Assembly (NCBI GenBank): GCA_976551045.1
Contig: CDPCPM010000575.1
Span: 186,001 to 250,000, forward strand
Reading direction: 5' to 3'
DNA from: Glaucostegus cemiculus
Lineage: Eukaryota
DNA: 64,000 nt
A model generated the notes under the pieces. It searched no databases, was not told where the DNA came from, and saw only the letters and a list, made by a program, of their open reading frames with translations. The position numbers and the translations under genes are program-made. Numbering within the stretch: the stretch's first letter is position 1; each line of letters opens with the position of its first letter. Of this stretch, positions 51,116-64,000 are shown piece after piece.

Positions 51116-54100
51116 ATGCCAAGAGGTCGACATGTATATTTCCTCTATTGATGCCAAATTAACAGGCAATGCAGTACTGACCATGTAAGCCAAGTAAACC
51201 ACCAGCTCAACATACCGCAAGAATACTAATCTGCAAACTACTTCTGTGGATGGCACACTTGGACCCTTCAGCATAGTCTACCAATCTGCATTCAGTTATG
51301 TGACTGTACTGACAATGCACAATGTCATGAAATTTACAGTATTTTAAAATACACTGAACAAATTTTATAAGTGGATTAAATGAACTGCTACGTTTTTAAA
51401 GTATTTGTTATAAATAGCTTCTACAAAACATTAAAACCTATTTAATCACACAATCAAAAGATAAAATCAAACCTTAATTTGTTTTGCCCAGATAGCTCTG
51501 TGTTTCGTGTATATTATGTTTGTGATTTAAAGCTAAAATCAATCACACTGTTGAATCCTGATGAAGGTACAACAGCATTTGCAAAAATAATGTGATGCTT
51601 GGAATAGACTCTTGACTTAGAAAATGCGACTCGAATCCAGGCAGCATACTGGTAAACCTCTTCTGCACCCTTTTCACATGTCCTTCCTGTAATGCGGTGA
51701 CCAGAACTGCACACAATACTCCAAATGTGGTCTGATTAAAGTTTTATATAGTGGCAGCATGACTTCTTTACTGATAGAAGGAAGAATGTGAAATAGTAAA
51801 ATAGGGATAAAATAGTTAAACTGCTTTCAGTGTTTTTTTTCTCTGAATGAAACTTAGCAACATTTAACTGCAATCAGGAGGCAAGTGGCTTGGCATACGG
51901 ATTAGATATAAACTTGCCAGCTAACATCTTCCCTCAATGTGTGAGAAGACATAATTTGTTTCAGAAAGTGAAATGTGCTGACTACTTTGAAAATCAAGCA
52001 ACTTCCTGAATGTAATAGTTATGTTGCACTGGAACAACTTTGGGTGTTAAACTTAACATTTTGTAAACTGATTTACATGTTCATTAAAATCAGTGAAGAG
52101 AAAATACTGACTAGTATGAACGATATCCTTTCCTCTTGGTGTTCTGCAGTATCTTTACAAAGGAATGATTCTCTTCTGCAAACATTTAGCAATGCAAACA
52201 GATTCTTCAAGTAGCGAGGAGGTCAAGAGTTACTGTTCTTTTAAACAAAACTTTGAATAGTTTACTCAGAAGGAAGATAGACACTGAAGTGTCAGAATCT
52301 TTGACCTAAATTCAGGTTTAAGGTGATAAATAGAATATTATTTGGGGAGCTGAGTAAAACCTCTTGATAATATAGATGGAAGGAGATTTCCCAAGTATGT
52401 ACATAGAAGTAAAGTTAAAAACAAAATATATAAAATAACAAAGTTTACAATTTTATTACATTCAATGCCAAGGAAAAAATGACCATTGCTTTTTTTCAAT
52501 GGCTCAATCTAGTTAATTGCTTGCTTTGCAGCATGAACAACATTAGTCTGCTGAATGACTGCAAAATCAGTCTTTGGGAGTCTGTTGTCAAATAATAGAT
52601 ACTAATTAATGTTCAAACCAAACCTTTAAATTTTTAGAGAAATTCACTCATTTTTGAGGTTGGGTAGTGGCAAGGTGGGATCTTTTCCATCCCACCAGCT
52701 CTATTTCCTCCCATATCTGGTTCAAGTTTCACTGTTGCTGCAGGATGGTCTACCAGTGTGATTCTCACAACTTCCATTCAGGAGCATTGGCTGCTGATGA
52801 TTTTACAGCCCATCCCTCACAGCGAAAGTTTTATATGTTATTTTTATTCTGCCGAACTGGTGGAATAAGAGGTCACTATGAGAACCCCTCCTTTTATCAA
52901 AAGCTTTGAAGTCTTCATTGTCTCATTATCCTGGGGCCTCACGGCTTTCCACCAGGCAACTCTGGGAAGAAGTGACTTGCAGACAGAACATGAATGAGTG
53001 ATCAGTCCCTGTAACATGTCCCTCCCTACCTCCAGCACCTACACACAGGGAATGGGAAGGTGATGGGGGCCTGGTATCAATAGCAGTGTTACGTCTTGGT
53101 CATTTCTACTGGAAGCAACAAGGTCCCAGATAATGTAAACACTAATAATTAGTAGTAAGCAATATATAATGGTGCTTAAACTATAGCAATCATAGAAGAT
53201 CAAGTTCAATATGATGCTATGTCAATTGTTAATTTTAATTCTGAGATTGATAGTCTTGTGCTAACCAGAGGTTAAATTAAATATATGACAAAGATATGTT
53301 TGAACCCAGGGACTGGACCAAATTGAGTTAATAGGATGGAGCTAGGCTCAGAATAAATAGTAGAACGGGTTTGGATATCTAAACAACCGGCCACTGTTTC
53401 CATTCTCCTATGTTAACCCTGCTTCTAGGCTGGACTATAACCCACATCCCAATGTCCTTAACATCTTTCTGCTGCCAAAGTCCCACGATAAAGTCATCTC
53501 ATGGGCAATAGCGAAAACAAGTCTTAAAGCATGGGCTCTAACCACAAATCCCAAAATGAAGCTGAAACTACTGAGCCCACAACACAGTCAATCATGTGGT
53601 GCAAGATTAAAAACATTTACTTACATGGAGAAAACTCAGAAATGGATAGTTCATCTTTCACTACAAACTGCAACAGAAGCCTGTAGGAATTTTATTTTTC
53701 ATGAAAATGTGTGATTAAGGATTATGCAAGTCTAAGTGTAGATTGTAAAGACATTAATGATCATCTGCACTTGAGGATTCTATTGTTGGCATGCTTGCTG
53801 GAAAATGAAGGGTAATATGCATGTAGTGCATGTCAGCAGTTGAAAACAGCCCAGTGAAACTGTGGCATCCCTCTACATTAGTTTACTACTCCAGCTATCT
53901 CAGCCACTGCACAAAATTGTGTTTGTTTCCCCTCAACCCCTTCTCTTCCCAACACCCGGATGTTTTTAAGCAGGAAACAAATAAGTGCTGAGCACCAAGC
54001 GTGTTTTGTTTTTGCGTGCCAGGCTCAAATCTAAATTCAGCTATCTAGCAGTAAACTGTTGTTTAACATTTTCCTAAATGCCTTGAGTAGCCATTACATA

Positions 54101-55217
54101 ATATGGATGACAACTGCAGCATAAATACTCCAAATGTTTACAACACGATGCCATTGGCAAGGGTCTCATTTAAAGAAATATTTTAAAGCTGTGGCAAAGG
54201 TTATAATCTTAATGCATACGTCGTAAGGAAAATGAAATTTTAAATCTTCTCCAGGTTTAAATTCTTATGCAGAACAATCACCACAATACACCTTTTAATG
54301 GCTTATAAGAATGTTGATGAATACCAAGTTATCCTCTTCCAATTATCAAGCAGAATAATTAACATTCTGAAAGATAATCAAGAACACAGCACTGAGTTCT
54401 TAACAGATTTCAGTTCAAAGTCCTTCACTTTTTCATTCTCCTAATGCCGCCACTGAAAGTTGTCAATCACCATCTGGGCAAGCACATCAAAGGCTTGGGG
54501 ACAGCCTGGAGGGGTCAGAGAAAATTCATGGCAGAACCTCGGACTCCCACAGAAGGAAGCCCTGAGAATAACAGTTGCCCTATATAGACAAAATTAACGA
54601 TTGCAACCGAACACTTCAAAAGGCTCCTGCATTGGCAAATACATTCATTCACAGAGAAAATTGTACACAGTTGGGTCACTTTATTGGCAGACTATACACA
54701 GACATTAGTTGACTGTTCAATGCACTGAATGGCACAAAAGAGCATTCCAATCAAACTTTTCCATTTGAAGGCAGAAATTAAAGCTGTTAGGATGGGAAAA
54801 TTCCTTCCATCTCATGATTCAAAATGATTAAGGCACCACAGGTCTGTTATGAATTTAATGGATAATCTAATGGGAAGTGGGTTCTTCAGTGGAATGTTTG
54901 AAGCCTGCTTCTCTATTGTGTTTCTTGAGATGCTACCCAACACACCATCAACAAAGCCCCCGCAAAAAAACAGGTGACATCATAAAAAAACTCTAAGCTT
55001 GGCTGAAAAAAAGCTTTCCTTTTTTTAAAAAAAGGCAATCAACTAATTTTGGGTAAAAGGGGGCAAGTGCATAGTGTTGCAATCTAGAGATGCTGGCCGA
55101 TGTAATTACGGGGTTTGGGGAAGGGGGCAAGTGGGGCCTTCTGTTAGTCTTGCCTAAATAAAATGCAGATTACTGACAATGCAGCACACCACCAAAGCCA
55201 CGTATGAATTCTGACAA

Positions 55218-55640
55218 AACACACACAAAATGCTGGAGGAACTCAGCAGGTCAGGCAGCACCAATGGGGAGAAATAAACAGTCAACTTTTCAGAGACCCT
55301 TCATCAGGACTGGAAAGGAAGAGGACAGAAGATGGAATAAGAAGGTCAGGGGAGAGGGAGGCATATATACAGGCAGGTGTTAGGTGAGTTCAGGTGATAG
55401 GCAAGTCCTGGTGAGAAGGGGAAGGTAGGAGGGTGGGGGGGGGGGGGGAAGGAGTAAGAAGCTGAGAGGTGATGGTTGAAGAGGCAAAGGGCTGAAGAAG
55501 AAGGAATCCCTTAAGAGAGGGCAGTGGACCATGGAATAAAGGGAAGGAGGTAGGGAATAGATAGGCAGGTCATGAGAGCAGGGGAAGAGGAAAGAGAAGG
55601 GGAGAGGGGTCCGCAGGAATGAGGAAAGATAAAGGAGAAG
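55218..55640 (-). mobile_element. Penelope-like terminus and UTR with hammerhead-like core
   Basis: acacaaaatgctggaggaactcagcaggtcaggcagca...gacccttcatcaggactgg followed by a purine-rich tract. Confidence 0.8.
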
Positions 55641-58600
55641 ACGCTATGACAGATTATGTGCCTAAGACTGAAGATGGCAGCTTGATCATAACCTTCTAAC
55701 TCAAATGAAAATGGTACAACTGGCCTGAGCTGATGCTCAGCTTGGTAGTGTGATGCATCTCACTCTGGATGGTACAGCTTTATATCCTAGCCTCAGCTGA
55801 CACTGGTCAATGAGCTTCTGCTAAATGGGTAATTTTAGCTGAGCTACTGGGTGTAATGTCAAGGATGAATGAAAAGAATGAAACTTTTAAGGCTGCACTT
55901 CAGTATCCAAAGTTTTGCATACCTACATAGTGGGAAAATGGGGCAAAGTTTGCATATTTTACTTTGATTAACAGGATCACCTTCAACTCCTGTTGCACAG
56001 TGGTTTCTTTCAATAAACATCAGGTGACACATCAAGACAAATATACTAGGTCAACAGTGAGAACTGTTAGAGGTCCATAATGATCTTGATCCCAATATTA
56101 TTTACTTATTGTTATCTTGAACACATTCCCTAATATAGTCAGGGACTGGTCTTGAATAAAATAATTTAAAAGATCTTCATTTTCAAAGCACCTTTCACTA
56201 TCTGAGCACATCCTAAGTCACTTTATACCCAATAAAACCTTTGCTGTAAGTTTAGAAATACAAGTTGTCAAGTGGAATGAAAGCAAAGCTATTAAAATTG
56301 TGCATACTACAGATTAGGATAAAGACACAGGGAATTTGAGGTAGGAAAGATGTGACAGGCAGGCACCAGCAAAAGAGGAGACACTTTTACACACACAATT
56401 TTGTTATTTCTAATATTTGTGAAAATACTTGAGGTTTAATTCAAGCCACTGGTAAAAAGTATACGTTTCGATCAAAACTTTACAAACGTGACTTTTTGTA
56501 AAAGACATCATACCTCAAGTCTTTCTGCATCTACCTTCCTACTAGTACTTGAATCATGAAATTGTTGAACACACACAATGGGCAAAGAGTGGTACATATA
56601 AAACTAAAAACAGGATGTGCACATAGCAAGCCAATGAGCATTAAGAAATTCCAATCCATGTTCTTGTCATACCAATGGCCAATACTCAAACCTTGCAACT
56701 ATACCTGAAAGAGAGTTTAGAATGAGAAAGGCAGAAGTTAAACAGGGAATGGCATCAGCAGTGTAAAGCAGAGAGCCAGAGTGAGGAAAACACAGAAATA
56801 TGGGAGAACATTCGGATTGTGGAAGAGTCGTCTGCCACGTTTAGTCTGATCAATGCCAAATTGCTTCCGAAAATATTACTAGCTATTTTGATATATTTTT
56901 ACTTGGAAGTTAAAACCAGCATTAGAATACACCACTGGTGTTCCAAAAAAAGCTGTGAATCATTTGTTTTCATATCGACAGCAATTCTGACTGAAGGAAG
57001 AAATTTTGTCGAGAGTCCGCACATCCAATAGTGGGTAATGATAAACAGATACTATCTGAGGCTTGGAGTTTAGAAGAGTTCTTCCTTTCGTTAAAGAAAC
57101 AAGTACTTGAACAGCACTTTACTAATTTTAGCCAAAGTATTGCCTTGTAATTCATGAATGGATGCATACTGCTCTCATGCTTGAACAATAATCCATGCTT
57201 TTTACAAACAGTGCAGCCACATGTGTTTGTAAGTTTATTTTTGTTCCTTCTCAAGTAATCTGATGGATTAAATCAGCATTTGAAATTACTATCATCTTGT
57301 TTGCCCAGAGCAAGCATACTTTTGGTATTGCCGTACATCAATGGAGATTTTTGCTCTTCAGCCAAATAAGCAAACTGATTTGAAGTCTTTTATATAATTG
57401 CATGCGTGTACCAAAAATAAAGCCCACCAAAAATTAACCCTAACTGATAAAAACAAATTTTTACTTCTCCTCAATCTGTGTGTGTGCTTACACATCCCAG
57501 CTATAGACTTACAATGTATATTCTGTAATATATTAAGAAGACTACAAATTAGAATTGCTGACTACTTTGGTGCAGAGGACCTCCAAATTTAAATACACAA
57601 ATCAGAGTTGACTTAATCTAAGAGTTGCTAAACGCACTGATCCACGTTTAGCTATATATTGATAAGAATGTGACATTTGGAAGTGAGCGTCAACACCAAA
57701 GAGCCCAAGGGCAGCTGGATGTCAAAGATAACAGAATAAAGAGCTACTCTGATGTCCATCACTCACATCTGTCAGCTTCCTATTCCTGTCCCATTAAAAG
57801 CTCTAGCTTTCTTCCTCCTAACCTGAAGCCATTAATTTCTTTTTTTACATCAAGGCAGCAGATTGTCAGACTGGGCCAGAAAACATCAAGCTACCATCAG
57901 ATAAACAAGTCTATTATTGGCAGGAGTGATCAAAGCACTGCATATCACTCAGTTTGCCAATTCTCCTTGGCTTTCTAGTTCAGAAAATCAAACACAGATG
58001 AAACCTCATAGATCCTCAAAGTGGAATTGGTATCAACTCCCTTTAAAAAAATTCTATTGTTCTTTTCTCGAAAAAAAGGAGCATGATGAAAATATCATTA
58101 AACTTTTGGATCAACCTTAAAGCGAATGAAGTTCAACAGCACTACAAAAATCATTGCATTTGGAACCACTACTTATTGGAATCAAACACTGATTGTTCCC
58201 ATCACATTGCAAGTGTCCCACTGCAAGTAAATAGCTAGAAACTACTGGCCTCATTCAGAAGGTGGCCTTTTGGCAAGGAATGGAAATAAAAACAACACAG
58301 CTGGCCTGCACAATATTACAGATCAGAATCAAAGTTATACATATGCACCCACAATAAGTGCTATGTGCCACTTTGCCCTATCCATTTTAATTTTGTATGC
58401 AATTTACATTGTTGGCATCTAATGTATCATTGCATTTCAAAACTTCAATGAATCTGTTGTACTTCTGCTTATTTAATGAATAAAACATTTAAAACATGGT
58501 GACAACATCAGTAGGAGACTAAGATTTGCAAAGTATTACCGCAATTTTGCTTTTGGTCCTTTTGACAGGATTCAATGGCCCATACATTGTTGAGAGTGAC

Positions 58601-59164
58601 GATGAAATGGTCTTAACATTCACCATGCATACTACTGCCCAGAGGCTTCTCATGGGCTTATCAGCAGATTTCCACTAATCCAACATGAAGCTCTTTGTAG
58701 AAGATCTGAAGCTTTTGTGAGCAGGAGCATGGAGAATCTTCAACCAGAGTGAAGAATCATCAGAAATGACAGATTACAGAGGAGGAAGTAAAAGCAAGAA
58801 GTTGGCATACACTCATACAGCATGGAGACAGGCCTTTTGTGCCCTTGACCCCGTGCTAAGCATCAGGCACCCATTTATATTAATCCTATTTTTTTAAATT
58901 CTCCCTACATTTTCATCAACATACCCCATAAAGTAAAGGTACAGACATAGAAGTTGGATTACGAGAGACAAGAGGAAAAAGGTGGAAAAGTTATATTTAT
59001 ATTAGCAACATGAAGAATTAATTTGCTTGAAGATGAGGCTCCAGACATGAGAAATTAATTCTTCAGTTTGTTCAACATTACTTACACACATAATTAAAAG
59101 TGCTATTCCTTCAGACTATAAAATCCTAACTTATTATATAAGCTCCTAGTGTAAAAAATCCTGA

Positions 59165-61190
59165 CGGGCAGGTTTGTAGGGAAATTGCAAAGGTGTGCAA
59201 AAGCAATAAGCAATGGGCGATGTTAACTATCCAAACACAGACTGGGATAGTAATAAGGGGCAATAAAGAGAACGAGTTTTTGAAGTGTGTTCAGGAGAAC
59301 TTTCTTGAGCTTTATTGATGACCAAAAAGACAAAGAGTGAAATAAAACAGAAAAAAAGCACATCACAAATCTAGGTTACTGATGCAAGTGAGAACCATGC
59401 TGATTATAGAAAGTTCATAGGGGAAGGCAAAAAAAAGGAAATGAAGGCAAAGATAGACCAAGGTAAAAAAACTGATGGCAAACATAAAAGAGAATCTAAA
59501 AATATTCCCAAGGCACGTGAACAGGAAAAGGATTGTAAGAGAACATATTTGGTCATTCAGAAATCAAAAAGGAAACTTTCCCATGGAGTTCGAGGACGCA
59601 GCTGAGGTATTAAAGGAGGACTTTCCATCTGTCTTCACCACAGAATGTGATGCTGAAGTCTCAACAAAATAATACATAATTTAAATTGTCAATGGGGAAA
59701 AGTTGATCAAGTGGTAGCAGAAAAACACACTGCACTTACAGTGGATAAATCACCTAGACTAGATGGGATGCAACGCAGAAAATTGCAGAGGACCTGGCCA
59801 TAAATTTACAAACATGCTGTAGGTCAGAGGCGGCACCTGAAAACTGGAAAATAGAAACTATTACAACCTGGTTCAAAAGAAAGGCATAGGGATAACTTCA
59901 TTAACTACAGCCCAGTTATGTTGAAGCTTAGTGGTTTTGTCAAGGTCTAGGAACAATAATCAGAGATGGTATTAGCAAATACCCAGACGACTGGTTAGAG
60001 GAAGCCCACAAAGGTTTGTTTAAGGCAAATTGTATCCTAGTAACTTGATAGACTTTTTTGACAGAGACAGTCAATAAGGGATATGAAGTTGATGTAGTAT
60101 ATATGGACTATATGGGTCAATAGACATTTGGATAAGATGCCACATAACAGACATGTCATCCAAATTGAAGGCCATGGAATAAAATGCACTTTAGAAGCAC
60201 ACAAGGACAGTTAACAAAGAAACAGTAGAAGTGAAATCTTGGTTTTCAGATTGGTGGGAAGTGCCCAGTGGAGCTCCCCAGGAATTGGTACAAGGACCAC
60301 CGCTTTCCATAACATATATTAATGATTTTGACTTGGGTGTACAGGACAGAATTTTAAAATTTGAAAATTACACAAAACTTAGTGAAGTGTGAGAAATAAA
60401 CAGGCTGGTGGAATGGCGGACGGGTGGCTGAACAAACTTATGCTGACACACGTGAAGTGTTACTTTTTGGTAGGAAGAATGAGAGAGGGCAATATAAACT
60501 GGAAGAGGCCATTCCAAAAGTGCTAAAAGCACACAGATCAGGGGAAATATGTGCAGAGTTTGTTGTTGGAGAGGGTGAGAAAGTACTGATAGTATACAGG
60601 ACACTCAGCTTTATAAATGGAGGCATATACAGGAGCAAGGTAGTCACAGTGAACCATTACAAAACATTCATTTAGCCATAAGTGGAGTACCATGCCCCGT
60701 ACTGGGTGCTATAGTTTAGGGAAAATGTGGAAGCTTTGTTGGGGCTGGGGTGGGGGGGTTGCAGAACAGATTGTTTAAAATAATTCAAGGGACAAAGCTC
60801 CTAAGTTATGTGGGTAAATTGGAGAAACTGTGATTGTTCTCCTTGGAACAGACAGATTGCAAAACGATTGGTAGAAGTATTTAAAATCATGAGGAGCATT
60901 AGAAGAGGGGTCAAGACTGGGACAGACAGAATGAAGATAACTGGCAAAAGAAAATGACATGATGAAAGTTATGTAATGAATGGTTAGGATCTGGAATGTA
61001 CTGTCAGGAGGAGAAGTGGAAGTGATTTCAGTTACAGCACCCAAAAGGAATCTATATGCAACCAAAAAGCGAAGAGTTTGCCGGTCTTTGGGAGAAGCCA
61101 GGAGGGCAACTAGCTAGATTACTCCTACACAGAACAGATCGAGTGGTTTCCTTCCTTGCTGTGCTGTACATCTGTCGATGATTCTGTGAT
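59165..61190 (+). mobile_element. Long decayed CR1 LINE ORF2 through to the 3' end
   Basis: MGDVNYP-like (APE), gataaatcacctagactagatgggatgca (DKSP..DG), SGAPQ-like and YINDFDLG (RT) segments in colinear order. Confidence 0.85.
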
Positions 61191-61789
61191 GTGTGCTTAG
61201 AACAAGAATAGTGGGTAATCAGCCTGATTTACATCATTGCTGTGACTCTGTGCAGACTCCACATACAAAGGTTGCAAAAGTACAGCTTATGCAGGGTTAT
61301 CACTGATAGAAACCTGTAGACTTCCACACTTCCATCTGGTGTCTGCAGGCACCAGATGCTACTGTTCATTTTATCCCGTAATGACGGAGTGCATGGCAAA
61401 CTCCATTATTCGCACAGTAAACTCCATATCACAAGTTAGACAAAATTTGATAATTTGAAATTACTTGTGGCTGTTAAACATAAACCTAGAACAATTTTGT
61501 ACATTTCTTTCACGCGTGAATCAAGCATCTGAGAGAGAACAAATCAAAACATAATAAATTTAATTACAAGGATTTTGGTGATTAATTAAGTAGTAAGCTA
61601 CTTCTAAACTTAAAGGATATGGGGAGTTTACAGACAGGGTAAGGAAGGGTAGCTCAGTGGACGGTACATATCTAATTTACCTGCAGGCCTTCACAAGGGT
61701 AACCAATACCAGCTGAAGTCTACAAGATCCAAGGTTAAAAAAAAAACGGCTGGAGCACCACCAACCTTTTCTCCAAATGTGCGATAATG

Positions 61790-63215
61790 ACAAGATTCCA
61801 TTGAGTCTGAGAAATACCAACATTAGTACATTGTTAAGGAAATCCTGTCAGCACATTACTGGGCTTTGAGACCACTCTGCAAGATGACCAACAAGATTTT
61901 CTTTGCCCAGCAAATTCAGGAAAATTGTCAGGAACAAAATCAGGATCTAGACACGTTTGAAGATCTCCAACAACCTCAATTGCGATGCTGCGTGGAAGGT
62001 GCTGGACGGATTTGGCTGCCCTCCAAAACGTATTTAAGACCCTAAGGCTTCATCATGATTGCATACTGGTCGCCAGTCTCTGTACTGGCCGAAAGGTACA
62101 CCCATTCATTATCCAATCTGAAGTTAAGCAAGGTTGCTCTAGTGTCATTCTTGCCCCCACTAGAACTGATATCCAATGTAGAGGTGGATGGAAGGCTCTT
62201 TAATCTTCATTGTCCCCACAGAAAGAATGGAATAAGCATAACATTCATTCCAGTATGTCAACAGTACGCTGGTGACTATGCCCTTCTTACCCACACCAGA
62301 CTTTTCTGCGTTAATGTACTGTAGCCAAGGATTCTCAATTAACAGTAAGATGACTAAGGAGCTCGATCAGCCTGCCTCATGCTTTGCCCACAACTCACAA
62401 CATCATCGCCAAGGGACAGACCTTGTTAGCACTTCTGTTACCTCGGTAGCCACCTCTTACAAAGTGCTTGATGCTAACTGCAAGTTTCTATGAAGAATCC
62501 AGTACACATGTTTTCTTTGTGAAAATGCTCCAAATGGTTTTCAGTGAATCATGACCCACAGAAGTACATTAGGGTCCAGGTCTACAATGTGTTTGCCATT
62601 CCTATGTTATTTATGCAAAATTTGGGTGCCCGATCTAGAATCGATTAATCACTGCTTGACCTGCTGAGTTCCTCCAGGATATTGTTTGTTGCTCCAGATT
62701 CCAGCATCTGCAGTCTCTTGTGTCTCTCTTAATCAATAGGAAAGATATCAAGATGATGCTTTAAGATGATGCTTTGTGTCAAGTAGGAAGCAAATGCTAG
62801 TGTTGAGGCAAAGATCCTTGTGAGCCAAAACCAATGGAGCAGTTACTCCCAGTACACTCACAGGCGGAAGTCACATGGTGGTTTGAAGAAACACTACAAA
62901 GACATGCTTGGTGCACATCGTGAATAAAAAAAATGTTGATGCCACAAGCTTAGAAGAACAAGCCATTAATCAGCCTCAAAGGACTCAGATCCTCCATTAG
63001 GTAGAAGTCCACTTAGAGCAGAAACACATTGCTTTTATAATAGGGAAAAAAAAGCCAAGGGTACAAGAAAGAACCTCTTACCAACACAGACATGACCTGA
63101 AATGTTCTTCTGTCCTGCAGGGGAGGTGGGGGTGGTCTGTGATTTCCAAGTCACGTCAGGAACCATGAGAAACCCTGTGGTTGGGAATATTCTCCAATTT
63201 AGCAGTTGCTGCTGC
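61790..63215 (+). mobile_element. Decayed RTE-clade LINE
   Basis: QEN CQEQNQDL-like segment, EVKQGC, QYAGDYAL (decayed YADD), and a C-terminal CPAGE-like zinc-finger remnant. Confidence 0.65.
62652..62728 (+). mobile_element. 77-bp Penelope terminus with 7-bp target-site duplication
   Basis: ctgcttgacctgctgagttcctccagg...ccagcatctgcagtctcttgtgtctctc flanked by TTAATCA at 62645-62651 and 62729-62735. Confidence 0.85.
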
Positions 63216-64000
63216 TGATGAAATAATAGACCATTGAATGGGGTCAGGGCATGTAAGAGAGAAAAGAGAGCAGTGCCCGTGAATAGGGACAACTATGTGT
63301 TTTACTTGGGGACTGTAGTAACCTACAGAAATTAGGTTAAAGCTCCATATTACGTCACTGAGACCAGACCAATTTCTGGGTTTGGAAATGGTCAGGATAC
63401 TTGAGATACTGTACATTAAATGAATATTACGTATGATTCACTGTTAGATGGGCTAAGCAATTAATAAAAAGTAAATGAGAAGTCTCAAAATAGGACAGCC
63501 TCATTAAGAAGGGCAAAATAATAGAGCTAAGTGATACAAGGTAAATCCAATCGAAAGAACAATTACTTTCCAAGTGCTTTTTTTAAATTTTGTGTTCTAT
63601 AACAAATTAACTCTGGTGGAGAGAAAGGTACTGAAGAAGTTATACAAGAAAATGCTAAGTGGAGTTGTGGAACGTGGAACAACGCTTTCAGGTTTTCATA
63701 GACACGGAATCAACAGGCTGTACTTCAGAGCTACGTAGAGCTCTTCAAGGAGCTATCTACAATTGCTGACCCTTATCAATGGAATCCAGATAGGTCACGA
63801 ACCCCACAGTGCAAAACTCAGCACGTGATACTCCCACAGCTCCATTTCTGTTCTGCCTGGCTGCTTGGCAAGCTGACTATGCTGGTTGCAAAGTTGCCAA
63901 CAGCTTCTGGGAATTCCCAGGACAGCCCCTACTTCATAACACGTAAGTATGTGATGAACCAAGTGCAGGAAACAGGTTTATCACCAGCAAAGTTCTTTTT

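Noticed and set aside
53625-53667. 43-nt exon-like segment on - (ttgcag|...|gtaagt)
   Set aside because: No similarity to ASPSCR1 protein and a weak exonic donor context; probably chance
17200-58350. Enrichment of TCF/LEF motifs (CTTTGAT/ATCAAAG, e.g. near 19134, 20535, 39262, 54486)
   Set aside because: The number I saw is roughly what an AT-rich 64-kb sequence gives by chance; not evidence without conservation

Overview
Eukaryotic, repeat-rich vertebrate genomic DNA. The repeat complement (CR1/HER1 LINEs, V-domain and Deu-domain SINEs, Rex1/Babar, RTE, Penelope-like elements) suggests a cartilaginous fish, probably a ray or other batoid (inference). Two convergent genes are recognisable from translated exons with canonical splice sites. 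On + are the last two coding exons of CENPX/MHF2 (1714-1802, 4206-4220). On - are three C-terminal exons of ASPSCR1/TUG (29441-29390, 24694-24625, 20087-19909). This tail-to-tail order matches human 17q25.3. I found no further ASPSCR1 exon between 29.4 and 64 kb, so that stretch appears to be one long intron. Almost all ORFs in the supplied track are chance ORFs or decayed transposon coding. There is no CRISPR array or prokaryotic system, and I cannot demonstrate a new biological system. The best leads are hammerhead-ribozyme-like cores in Penelope termini lying sense in ASPSCR1 introns, a splice acceptor that could give either a 3-nt microexon or a 79-nt poison exon, an inverted SINE pair, nested retroelement insertions, and a hairpin carrying poly(A) hexamers for both strands between the two genes. 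Repeat boundaries were read by eye and are approximate.
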